This document shows positions 39,001 to 44,146 of a stretch of DNA of 61,249 nt, in pieces. The notes beneath the pieces were generated by a model. The model saw only the letters and a program-made list of their open reading frames with translations. It did not search any database and was not told the origin of the DNA. Position 1 is the stretch's first letter. Every line of letters begins with the position of its first letter. The position numbers and the translations under genes were made by a program. The stretch comes from a virus: IMG/VR virus record IMGVR_UViG_3300050821_004166, positions 1 to 61,249 of that record; one strand, written 5' to 3'.

Positions 39001-39790
39001 CCGCTGGTATCCCTATCTGCGATGGTCCGGGCCGTTCGGGGTGGCGATTGCGGTGACGGCGGCGTGGTACGACAAATACGACGCTGATGGCACGATACCG
39101 AGCACCGAGCGGCTGACGAACGCAGCCTCGGCGGTCGGGCGGGCGACGTTCGACCAGTCCTATTTCGTCGGAATCGCCAACATGCTCGATTCGATCAGGG
39201 AAGGGAAGGCATCCACAACGAAGTTCCTCGCGGACATAGCTACCGGCTTTGTGCCGTTCTCCGGGATGCAGCGCAACATCGTGCAGCAGACCGATATCCA
39301 GAGAATAGCTAAGTCGATTCCCGAGAAGGTTGCTTCCGGGATTCCTGTTCTTTCGAAGACTCTCTCACCGCAGCGCGATATCTTCGGCAGGACCAGCGAG
39401 CAAGGCATCACCGGGACCGCGAGTAAAGACCCCGTTGACCTCGAGCTGGAGAGAATCGGCATTCATCCTGAACCGCTGAAAGACAAGATCACCATAAAGC
39501 CGATCGAGTTTGAGCTTTCCCCGAAGGGCGAAGACTTCTACACCAGGACGACGGGCAGACTGCTTTACAAGATGCTTGCCGAGACGATGAAGAGCGAGGA
39601 ATACACTGGTGCCACCGACTTTGTGAAGCAGAAGTACGTGGAACGCGAGGTTGGCAGAGTGCGCGAGGCCGGCAGGTTGGCGATGTTGGCGCAGTTGAAG
39701 AGCCATCCGGAGTACGCCGCCAGTCCGATGTTCAAGATCAAGGTTCCGTTCGCGCACAAGGCGCCGGTATCCGCGCCAGGGAGGCAGTAA
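27002..39790 (+). CDS. Giant polyvalent protein (about 4,262 aa): N6-adenine DNA methyltransferase plus SNF2/DEAD helicase core (P1 DarB-like) with long flanking regions; probably a virion-ejected core protein
   Basis: MTase motifs AHYTSLEVIQGMW, VLEDAAGVGHF and FDVNITNVPF (about 32130-32900). Helicase motifs EVGSGKT (about 34615), LVDEADEF (about 35140), ATGTPVSN, GVGLNVQ and QREGRWVRQGN (about 36150). TM-like helices near 38860-39070. GTG 27002 follows GAGGA; TTG 26963 would overlap the DHS gene. Confidence 0.8.
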   Translation: MPPTDTETTETQTQDPLDEYLALRDKTAKKKSPKEDPIAAYLAAREADTKATDKRSAEVEAKAAATPAAVPVVSQKMEESPAGKGFAAAETAGQKIFGEQPTPATVAARGPSSLFQTTPPAPPPLPPETVTEPVKSMEQIGRESPFGKGTAPAELPKDVADLKASIEDSSTKIKGTQNRYPSGIPQEIYPWYKDEVANHNQMVARFNDAIKKLPPSQRAEQKQTPLSTAPLSLSQQADRVGKPMVPLTGPQKPIDLTKYPRNIFTNDLAIPEQTPEQVKAQNAAEDAQRAQDDALSRGRPVSRTGVRGLPVTKKELDDEKAGMDEITRALTTGSRKLPIPAFTGFQKGTGLPTGARVSSVGELEDLTDEYLSRPEIPKTRAQAMAAGITSDAVKTLNDMFLSPVGIVATGTGLVAANALAKAGQAGKEALELGAEYQAMKRAGATAAELLVQEGKIHQAMLSVAKAQGVLKTAARAGQVGGAAFGAQGANGVIDGIKEQDTSKILGGLGQIILAGAGEAALHRAGGLESAVGGSVEAEAHRRYQESYKPPGDDDDDEPPGGGPPPDVHAKLLEDELHRAKAEHSAKILEDAAAETRKAAGIDTEPPGEPEKPAKLKVPVRAKKPALPAPVEPVGTKEEPESSSEGEKQEKAVIHTFPGEEGTQYEVAKVDGGFSVSLRDTEAGEVFPSHRIYKTEEQAVAAAKGFGEKSTGEEAKRKAAEPEAKEPELSGEDAVTAKIYQDAIDHDNELLANEKLTWEKRERIVEHRDNYQKDLDKIQGRRVEDVGPPESKGERRAIEPEAEGRLEEAKRKRKANQIEFEKKAGQPEEEAAPIKPGDKIKMRGGMRRRSIMSGLPLTDEPRHQPEATEASAQPTPPPSDRWTADRGAMPGEPELFLDVPEDGDTEKAKAAIIQRDRKAGRATWELVHMEGGKPKSGGMFSTPQEAAARAEKLYSPPEKEEQPEHVHKEGDRVTWTGPKGEKLSGQIRSIEPHQKTGPDDLRKPLASITVDQQAVMRIPGRKGGVPIGRVEMVPLEKLSPEGAPEKAEAATESEKKPVVPFSKPRQEDERERARGIIEDFVAKWDREFKEWQESGGRGEPPPKPFQLEHPPEDIGVFQYIKTLPKHVQEYARKFYKAYRDEGVAAGQEVDPRDYGISGEEAEELDGILKQLTKPGKAAPEEEPPETEPEPEKAAEPEKKAVVPFSKPAEAEAPAKFQEGDLVRLTDEPHKAGTLTRLSLSKTTAVVKLENGNTVYVHPDRIELRGKPAEKQRYVVSKAGMKPGMWKIIDTTDGTTVRSGLESKAGAEAIAAGMKSEDQHISGATPSGAITPRVPLSTVKPQNRPHMVVREVRDRDDKLLGYEYFPYDGTPEDALAKAELVTTQMWEKYPDASNMGSRILATGKDGKPLYVMSPNLQHVAEMGTPTANYIQTGEGEPPAEMKASYEAAKKAGDEAAGKALWWRKPLPKLDADTEYKLLKLIHPKEGQVGAAELRRRYRINYGETIDQGIVAQFLKEQEGLTQTGAGAKLPTKSFAPQVIADSSGKWSGNAVSFPTEQEAQDYVNDLKSRWMAVRDTRVVEQDVPATHSFANGKLEIVKPEEADAATADQAADREGSGRDSGTAEPARVGQEPLERESSEAIQGVPEEREAAGEGEEGGAGGEVSGREPGGAGTGMVRGVGDSLEGKDVPGTRGKPGRPGISRVNPSDGPQGNFYHITESDQLGQAGLKQKFKDNVTAIKLLQKLEAENRLATTAEQAVLVKYVGWGGLSAVFKPWEDRQWTKESDELRDLLPSAEWEAASGSTQFAHYTSLEVIQGMWSALERMGFTGGRVLEDAAGVGHFMGGAPLDVAAKSKWAAVEIDPLSARITQQLYQPVKVFNSPFEKVAFPNNFFDVNITNVPFSTTSPADPKYDKYGLNLHNYFIVRGLDLLRPGGIMAVITSRGTMDSGGKHRELMADRADLLDAVRLPKTAFKGNANTEVVADVLIFRKRAPGDPKGGEAFQDSIRMKVEKDGSTHVVPERADPSDFKLNEFFLKHPEKILGQQGMTGTMRGPDQYSVEPNTATTLKEQISKNLTPPQNSYQKASASQSLRIEAVLSAERQAEIKAKPDALHIEGDKLYQNTAENLLTITSIGEILVTPRSEWVYALKPLDVSPPVFRKIKSVLGVRDAVRDVMLAEAADKPKVEVDALRKQLNKTYDKHVATYGPTGDVSNTKQLLMDPDFPLLISLESYDPKTNTYVKSADIFTKPTVRPEMTVRPENPRDAMLVSMNEKNGIDIPFMAKSIGQTEDYVINDLVGKDLIYKNPEGGWEDSASYLSGQVRWKLKAAQTAAELDPDMQRNVEALKAVQPQDKTLANPPAVKLGTPWMPVGDIEQFIRETLDLGRSVSVSHPKGVPLWTVRHPNKDTSVMNGANYGIQDESGTPILWGTDLVEHALNQKTPSVYTGKGEQRVFSLDLTERAKDKISDLQDKFKKWIWKDEERSSRLLDYYNENINNMAQRTYDGSHLTIPSMALGMTMRAHGKNAVWRIQQSANTLLAHEVGSGKTMILIASALEAKRLGKWKKPALFVHNATLEQYRMLIPQAFPTAKILVARPEDFDKENRRRLLARIATGDWDTVVIAHSQIPKLPVSEAGLRKFMGDEIEILKGYLRKIQMEEASAYHDSGGRGGKRQKSQTVKQLEATIDKAEARMEKKIHDYNADPTVSFEETGIDAILVDEADEFKNLMYHTKMTRVKGLGNTEGSSRAFDLYAKIRVVQAMNNGGGVVFATGTPVSNTMAEIYNLQRYLAQGDLEAMGIDHFDAWAAQFGETKTDWETSPSDPTKIQAVTRFARIQNAQELYNHTAPFMDVVFSKDIPGIKLPKHNQQKIVVPSYKELEDYNHEIMDRAEHVKTGQVDPKDDNMLKITSNGSAAAIDMRFVKPGSAVNPASKLYHVALDVYKNWKDSAANKGVQLICLDLGVPDTRSVSAGELKFGAYKWLREHLISMGIPGDEITWIQKYNKPEAKQQMIRDTNSGKIRVLIGSTEKMGVGLNVQERLIGGHHVDMKWRPRDAIQREGRWVRQGNSNSEVFTKYWTAEKSIDSYKYSTLAAKISFINDFLQGKITASDVEDISGEAVTFAIISAATTGKTEIFELAKTQAEIRKLERARFAAETELLGIKQQLVHGKARLKATQEEIEQAKTEVEAVKKVYDPENFQITLNGKLYTDKEEAKKALQKTVLTLKDRQTMGTQIIGSYLGVPITFDGHGAELGKDGKRSWYGYNVKTPRRSVAIEHTTTGTLFDDPIASVIHGVVRAPENDLEKDIAEKATLKQDIPKLEELLNKTDFPPEKAKKLEELQVKERGLLKALGLLDDDTQAAGAIASGKTDVTVTGAEGDKEEDDEEGAVGAPEGEPEPPDKPEVGAGNKLFTKEAKEAAEKDLSKKSREMRAGVDPTMIKDLVVIGGFYLEAGIRDFAGWADKMRAHFRKTRDPQKFEPHLQPIYEQAIKAINKQKPGFAANIRLSNLRTSDQVKELIRETARSAAGRIEGQRRGEVPFAQTKAMARELIREGHMTEKDLIDMKKGTALNDAELKAARSILVSVSEDRAKALDEFRKDDSKENLLRVMEVVERQRAVQAAVSGATAEAGRALNSMKIAAEALKSRSARDKALDELGGDITEEMIRRLAQIPPDDFIAMNKFVRDHTKFTTIEKLNSYWIANILSGWQTHARVAFSNIVWATTQLGIRPLRGLIDAPVSRLMGTERKYYAGETLPAMVGWFEGIPEGLRKAIFIMQHGYNLDDTSGEIVTDVKAPRYYEFPGGLKNPFNYPGRALMAAHNLFRVTSLESELAAIAARKAIRSGGVSPTLGQSRYQKQYARERANPEVEDVEAAQKFARYTAFLDKPDKFSQLMIRIREWRVPENYAAIGGVKPLRFVVPFINLPWNVLKAGVEVTPAGALKFLSKDARNQPGKAADIISKALFGAAVMGAAAILAMNGKLTGPAPKDPGKREEFYRLGKKPYAFRVGDRWYPYLRWSGPFGVAIAVTAAWYDKYDADGTIPSTERLTNAASAVGRATFDQSYFVGIANMLDSIREGKASTTKFLADIATGFVPFSGMQRNIVQQTDIQRIAKSIPEKVASGIPVLSKTLSPQRDIFGRTSEQGITGTASKDPVDLELERIGIHPEPLKDKITIKPIEFELSPKGEDFYTRTTGRLLYKMLAETMKSEEYTGATDFVKQKYVEREVGRVREAGRLAMLAQLKSHPEYAASPMFKIKVPFAHKAPVSAPGRQ

Positions 39791-40137
39791 TGTGTTTCGG
39801 TAGCGGCGGCTTTAGGACGTACCCAAACTCTGGCGGGTTGGGAGTGGAAGACAATCCCAATTTGAGCGTGCAGCCAAGCGTTAGCGCCCCTATCGCTGAT
39901 GCCGGCCTGGGAGCAACGTCCCCACCGAAAGCTGCTCTGCCGCCGATCACGGCTACGCCGCTGCCGCCGACCCCTCCCGTAGCGCCAGCCCCTCCACCTA
40001 CGCCAGTCCGACCCACCCCTCCGGGAATCACTCCGATGATGCAGTCCATTCTTGGGATTAAGGCGCCGGCCAAGGCGAACCCGGTCGGAGTCATCAACCC
40101 CAGGATGTTCTCTCCTACCATGTCTCAATCCCTTTAA
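39790..40137 (+). CDS. Met-Cys-initiated Pro-rich protein, member d
   Basis: TAATG overlap with the giant gene. Begins MCFGSGGF. PMMQSIL and RMF resemble the C-terminus of member b. Confidence 0.45.
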   Translation: MCFGSGGFRTYPNSGGLGVEDNPNLSVQPSVSAPIADAGLGATSPPKAALPPITATPLPPTPPVAPAPPPTPVRPTPPGITPMMQSILGIKAPAKANPVGVINPRMFSPTMSQSL

Positions 40138-40242
40138 GCACATCGCCGACGAATAGATCACTGGCGAACCGAGAACCTTAGTACACTCGTCACAACTGCT
40201 AGAGTTTCCTTCTGTTGCTTTGCACAACCCTCGTATGGATAG

Positions 40243-40275
40243 GCTGCTCCTTGAGACGGGAGCAGTCTGTTTTAT
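40243..40275 (+). terminator. Rho-independent terminator at the end of the late operon
   Basis: GCTGCTCC (40243-40250) pairs with GGAGCAGT (40259-40266): 7 bp plus one G-U, with an 8-nt loop, followed by CTGTTTTAT. Confidence 0.6.
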
Positions 40276-40278
40276 CCC

Positions 40279-40307
40279 TTGAAATCACTGGCATGTTTTG
40301 GCACAAT
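40279..40307 (+). promoter_or_regulatory. Sigma70-like early promoter giving a leaderless XRE transcript
   Basis: TTGAAA at 40279-40284, N17, CACAAT at 40302-40307. ATG 40314 lies 7 nt downstream and has no SD. Confidence 0.45.
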
Positions 40308-40313
40308 GCAGCC

Positions 40314-40526
40314 ATGTCCAACAAGCTAAAAGAGACGGTGAAGAGTTTCCGGGTAGGACGCGGGTGGACTCAAACGGAATTCGCGGAATTCGCCGGCGTG
40401 TCTCGCCGCACGATAGCGCGAGTGGAAGCCGACCTGCCGATCTCGGAACGTCTTGCCGGGCTCATCTCAGCGAAACTAAACAGTAGAACTAAACTCGACA
40501 AACGGCCATCTATTCGGCGGGGATGA
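40314..40526 (+). CDS. XRE-family helix-turn-helix transcriptional regulator
   Basis: RVGRGWTQTEFAEFAGVSRRTIARVE is a typical HTH_3 pattern; 70 aa. Confidence 0.7.
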   Translation: MSNKLKETVKSFRVGRGWTQTEFAEFAGVSRRTIARVEADLPISERLAGLISAKLNSRTKLDKRPSIRRG

Positions 40527-40547
40527 GATCAAGAGGCGGCAGCGCAA
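40502..40547. repeat. 46-bp perfect direct repeat, copy 1 (identical to 58620-58665)
   Basis: ACGGCCATCTATTCGGCGGGGATGAGATCAAGAGGCGGCAGCGCAA is identical at both sites; the flanks are unrelated. Confidence 0.95.
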
Positions 40548-40572
40548 AAGGTAAAAACAAAGGAGAAATGCG

Positions 40573-41268
40573 ATGGCAAAGGCGAAGCCTGCACCAGAGA
40601 CAGAACAAAAAGCGATAGTTCTACAATCAGGGCTCTCGATCGAGGACCTTGCTGTAGAACTTGGACCGTTCATGCAGAGCGTGGACGCGCAGCTCGACTC
40701 AGAAGATCCCGCCATGCAGGAGACTGCAACGCTGTTCTCGCGGGAACTGGTTGGCGCGATGCTGGAGAAGGGAGACATTCTTACCCATAGCGGGAGCAAA
40801 CAAGCAAATCCGCTTGCCGTCCGCGACCGCGTGGCCGAGCTATACTTCGCGTTCTTGGACCTGGCAGCGCGGATCCGCAGAGGCGTGCAGCAGGCTGAAC
40901 TTATGGCCCGCCGGCAGGAACGCTTCGCAGAGATCATCCGGAGCAACATCGAGGCCTGGATGCTGACCTCCTGGAACGCGAAGAAGATCACCGGGAACTA
41001 CCGGGAGTTTCGCATCAGCAAGAATCCCGACAAGGTAATGGTCATTGATGAAGCGCAGATTCCCGCGGAGTATTTCGATGACGTTCCCGCAACCAAGGTG
41101 CTCAACAAGACGCGGTTGGCCGAGGCGCTGAAAGCGCGTGAGGTCGTCAAGCAAGAAGTCATCAAGGACGAAAAGCTCACGCCAGAAGAGCGGGAACAGT
41201 CCCTAAAGCAAATCGCCATTCCCGGCGCTATCCTCGAGACTTCCAGGACCAGACTCGATATCAAGTAG
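40573..41268 (+). CDS. Siphovirus Gp157-like protein (recombination-module accessory)
   Basis: The C-terminal pattern FRISKNPDKVMVIDEAQIPAEYF...LNKTRLAEALKA...IPGAILETSRTRLDIK is typical of the Gp157 family. Confidence 0.55.
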   Translation: MAKAKPAPETEQKAIVLQSGLSIEDLAVELGPFMQSVDAQLDSEDPAMQETATLFSRELVGAMLEKGDILTHSGSKQANPLAVRDRVAELYFAFLDLAARIRRGVQQAELMARRQERFAEIIRSNIEAWMLTSWNAKKITGNYREFRISKNPDKVMVIDEAQIPAEYFDDVPATKVLNKTRLAEALKAREVVKQEVIKDEKLTPEEREQSLKQIAIPGAILETSRTRLDIK

Positions 41269-41278
41269 GGAGACCGCG

Positions 41279-41464
41279 ATGAAGGTTCACAAGGTGCAGA
41301 TCGACGCCGAACACAGCATCAAGCTGCTCGAGGGGAAGCCGGTAGCTATCCGGGTTCCTCCCGGCGTCGAAGTGCTGGAACTGAAGATCGTCCCTCAAGG
41401 CAAATACATGAGCGACTTTGCCGAGGTAATAGACCTGGTTTTTAACGGACGGAGGAAAGACTGA
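41279..41464 (+). CDS. Hypothetical small protein
   Basis: 61-aa ORF; tightly packed with its neighbours. Confidence 0.4.
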   Translation: MKVHKVQIDAEHSIKLLEGKPVAIRVPPGVEVLELKIVPQGKYMSDFAEVIDLVFNGRRKD

Positions 41465-41730
41465 TGGCCGAGCAGCTCTGTTCTGTTTGCTTCAAGCCGG
41501 TCGAGGAACACAACCATTCCTATCTTGTGATGTTCGAGAAAGACGAAATACGGTACTGGAAGTGGGCCTGCGAGCACCACCCCTGCCCGGAGGCGATCGA
41601 GCTTCTTGGTTCCGCTAGTTGTGCGATGGCCTGGTTAGGGATTCACCCTGAAGATGCCGAGTGCATAAATCAGTTGTTCCTGCAGCGGATAGAAATGATG
41701 ATGGGCAGGAGACGATCGGCCAATAATTAG
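41464..41730 (+). CDS. Hypothetical Cys-containing protein
   Basis: TGATG overlap with the upstream gene; 88 aa. Confidence 0.4.
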   Translation: MAEQLCSVCFKPVEEHNHSYLVMFEKDEIRYWKWACEHHPCPEAIELLGSASCAMAWLGIHPEDAECINQLFLQRIEMMMGRRRSANN

Positions 41731-41759
41731 GCGTCCAAAGATTGGACAAAAGGAGTACC

Positions 41760-42098
41760 ATGCCAACCCACGAACCGGACGGCACGCGCTACATCGAAGC
41801 CAGCAACTATGAAGGCCATGTCTTCACCTGTCTGTGCGGCGAGAAGCGCGAGAACCTGGACGAACTGGAAGAGCACATAGCCGAAGAAACCACCAAGGAA
41901 GCTCTTCTAGCAGGAATCAACGATTTGCGGAGTGAGGTGGAATACCTCAAGGAGAAATGCGATGAAGACGGCGGCAAAGAAGCGGAATCGAGTACGGAGC
42001 ACGAAGAGAAGGGCGGCGGCAGTGAAGCGGTTGAAGCGCCGGCGGTCAACACCGAAACCTTCACTAGCCATTGTCCCGGTTGCGCCGAAGCCTCTTGA
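41760..42098 (+). CDS. Acidic hypothetical protein with Cys pairs
   Basis: AAGGAG 5 nt upstream of ATG 41760; 112 aa. Confidence 0.4.
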   Translation: MPTHEPDGTRYIEASNYEGHVFTCLCGEKRENLDELEEHIAEETTKEALLAGINDLRSEVEYLKEKCDEDGGKEAESSTEHEEKGGGSEAVEAPAVNTETFTSHCPGCAEAS

Positions 42099-43440
42099 GG
42101 TTGATTTTCTCCGCAAGGAAGCTCTGGCGGCACCGTCGATCGAACAGACCATCCAGAAGCACAAGACCATCCGGCACTTCATCAAGAAGATGCTGAAGTC
42201 TGGAATAGACTACGACCAGATCCCCGGAACTAACGGCAAGAGCCTGCTGCAACCTGGCGCCGAGAAGATTGCCGTGTGGCTGAAGGTGCGTCCCTACTTC
42301 GAAACCGTCGAGAACGACCTCGGCAACGGGCATATAGAAGTTGTCGTCCGCGGCCATATGCTGCCCACTTTGGTTTACGACCTCATTATGCAGGTAATCG
42401 AGAAGGGCGGCCAGAACATCGAGGCAGCGGTCAACGCCATCATCCGGGCGTCCGAGCTATCGAACGCGACCGCTTCCTGCTCGACCATGGAGACGAATTT
42501 CCGCTATCGGTGGGCCGACATGCGGGACGAGGACGGTAATCCGATCTCTCCAAACAAGCTCGAGGCTGCCCGCAAGTCTGCGATCAACATGGGCCGTTGG
42601 CTGCCGGCGAAGATGGCGTTCGGCAAGATCGTGGCAATGACGCAGAAGGACAAGAAAGCCAAGATGCCCGCAGAATACTGGATCTGGCAGGAGCGCGTAG
42701 ACAACCCCAACATCTACGACGAGCGCAACAAGGTACGCCAGATGGGCGAGAAGCGCGGGTTTGTGAAAGCTATAAAGCGCATGGGCGCCTTGTCTGAAGT
42801 CTTCCAGGAAGACCCCAACGAGTGGCCGGAAACGCTGGACGTGCCCGCCGAGAAGCCTGCCGAGGAACCGTTCAAGCCTGGGGTGGTGGAGAAGGATACT
42901 CCGCAAAACTCCCCAACTCTCCCCAACTCTCCGCAGAAGAAAGGTCACATCAACGTCATTTGGCAGGACAAGGACCTGGCTCGAGTGACCGGCGACGACA
43001 CCAGGGCGATCGAGGGGCAGCTTACGAACCAGCTTATGGGCACCAAGCTGGCCGGGAAGCAGGAATTCATCCTTCAGGCGCCATATATCCCCTTGTTGTT
43101 CGAACTGTGCGCCCGGCCCGAGGTGAACATCCAGATTACCGAGACTCAGCCGGCAGAGCACAAGCCGCGGCCGGCATCGGCGTCCTGCGTCGAGGAGACC
43201 GGCCTAATCAAGAACGTGAAGAAAGGCGACGGTAAAGACCCGAAAGCCATCCAGGTGCTATTCAACGGCGCGTGGCTCTACTGCTACAGCAAGACGCTTT
43301 GGGGTTTCTTATTCGCTGGCGTGAACCAGCAAGCCACGCTGCTCATAAACCGGAAGGAAGGACGGGCGCCAACGATCGACGGAGCGCGGAAGATCGGGGC
43401 GACACCGTTCAAGGAAGACGGAAAGACTGTGGCCGCATGA
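41962..43440 (+). CDS. Conserved phage protein with a Lys/Arg-rich N-terminal tail. A DNA-binding or recombination role is possible but unproven.
   Basis: AAGGAGA 6 nt upstream of ATG 41962. Segments IDYDQIPGTNGKSLLQPGAEKIAVWL and MGEKRGFVKAIKRMGALSEVF. Lies downstream of the Gp157-like gene. Confidence 0.4.
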   Translation: MKTAAKKRNRVRSTKRRAAAVKRLKRRRSTPKPSLAIVPVAPKPLEVDFLRKEALAAPSIEQTIQKHKTIRHFIKKMLKSGIDYDQIPGTNGKSLLQPGAEKIAVWLKVRPYFETVENDLGNGHIEVVVRGHMLPTLVYDLIMQVIEKGGQNIEAAVNAIIRASELSNATASCSTMETNFRYRWADMRDEDGNPISPNKLEAARKSAINMGRWLPAKMAFGKIVAMTQKDKKAKMPAEYWIWQERVDNPNIYDERNKVRQMGEKRGFVKAIKRMGALSEVFQEDPNEWPETLDVPAEKPAEEPFKPGVVEKDTPQNSPTLPNSPQKKGHINVIWQDKDLARVTGDDTRAIEGQLTNQLMGTKLAGKQEFILQAPYIPLLFELCARPEVNIQITETQPAEHKPRPASASCVEETGLIKNVKKGDGKDPKAIQVLFNGAWLYCYSKTLWGFLFAGVNQQATLLINRKEGRAPTIDGARKIGATPFKEDGKTVAA

Positions 43441-43658
43441 CAGCCTATACCGATTGGAAACGCCGATGGGATGCGTTAAGCGATCGAGACCGCCAGATTT
43501 ACAACTTGGCGAGGAAGGCCACAAACGCGCTAGGCTTCGCTCTGCAAAATGCTCATAACGACGCCGCAGTAATCAGGTACGAAAAGCAGTCAGACGCGGC
43601 ACTCGGCGAACTGTTCGAACTGCTATCCCCCTCCGTGTCGAAGGAGTCCAAGCCATGA
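43437..43658 (+). CDS. Hypothetical protein
   Basis: ATGA overlap at 43437; 73 aa. Confidence 0.4.
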   Translation: MTAYTDWKRRWDALSDRDRQIYNLARKATNALGFALQNAHNDAAVIRYEKQSDAALGELFELLSPSVSKESKP

Positions 43659-43973
43659 CTAAGCCTTGGATGCTTCTCCTGCGGGCTCAGATTGCAGACC
43701 ATCTTGCGGCGGTTGCTGACCTATTCGACCATGCCCACCGCAAACAAACCAGAATCACCATCGTAATCCGCACGCCTAGAGAGCCAGGTTTATGGGGCTC
43801 TATGGACGCCCCGGACAGCGCACGAAATAGCGGAGAAACTCGGCCTTCCTCTAAACACTGTCAGTCCACGAACAGCCCCTCTTCAGCGGAAGGGATTCAT
43901 CAAGGATTCAGGGGCACGCCGGGAAGGCCCAAGCGGAAGGAAATCGATAGTGTGGGAGAGGGTGAAGCAATGA
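43655..43973 (+). pseudogene. Winged-helix DNA-binding protein gene interrupted by a 1-nt frame change (true frameshift or assembly indel)
   Basis: Codons from 43791 read YGALWTPRTAHEIAEKLGLPLNTVSPRTAPLQRKGFIKDSGARREGPSGRKSIVWERVKQ*, a classic wHTH. This frame has no start codon after its stop at 43764. The N-terminal part lies in the frame of ATG 43655. The stop at 43971-43973 overlaps the next ATG. Confidence 0.55.
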
Positions 43974-44146
43974 AAGTCATCGCCTACTTCAAGGACGGCA
44001 GCAAGCGCGAAGTGCCAATTTCAGAGATAGACGAGCTTCTGCAAGTAGATCATCCAGGAGAAGCGATTGCACTCGCCAAGCAGCATTTCACCGCCGAAGA
44101 GCTTGAACGGGTGAGTAGTTGGGAAGTGGAGGAGGAATTCTTGTGA
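43970..44146 (+). CDS. Hypothetical small protein
   Basis: MKVIAYFKDGSKREV... ATGA coupling to the wHTH frame; 58 aa. Confidence 0.45.
   Translation: MKVIAYFKDGSKREVPISEIDELLQVDHPGEAIALAKQHFTAEELERVSSWEVEEEFL

Noticed and set aside
40314-40526. Calling the phage temperate because it has an XRE/cI-like regulator.
   Set aside because: No integrase, excisionase, partition system or attP was recognised. An XRE regulator alone does not establish lysogeny.
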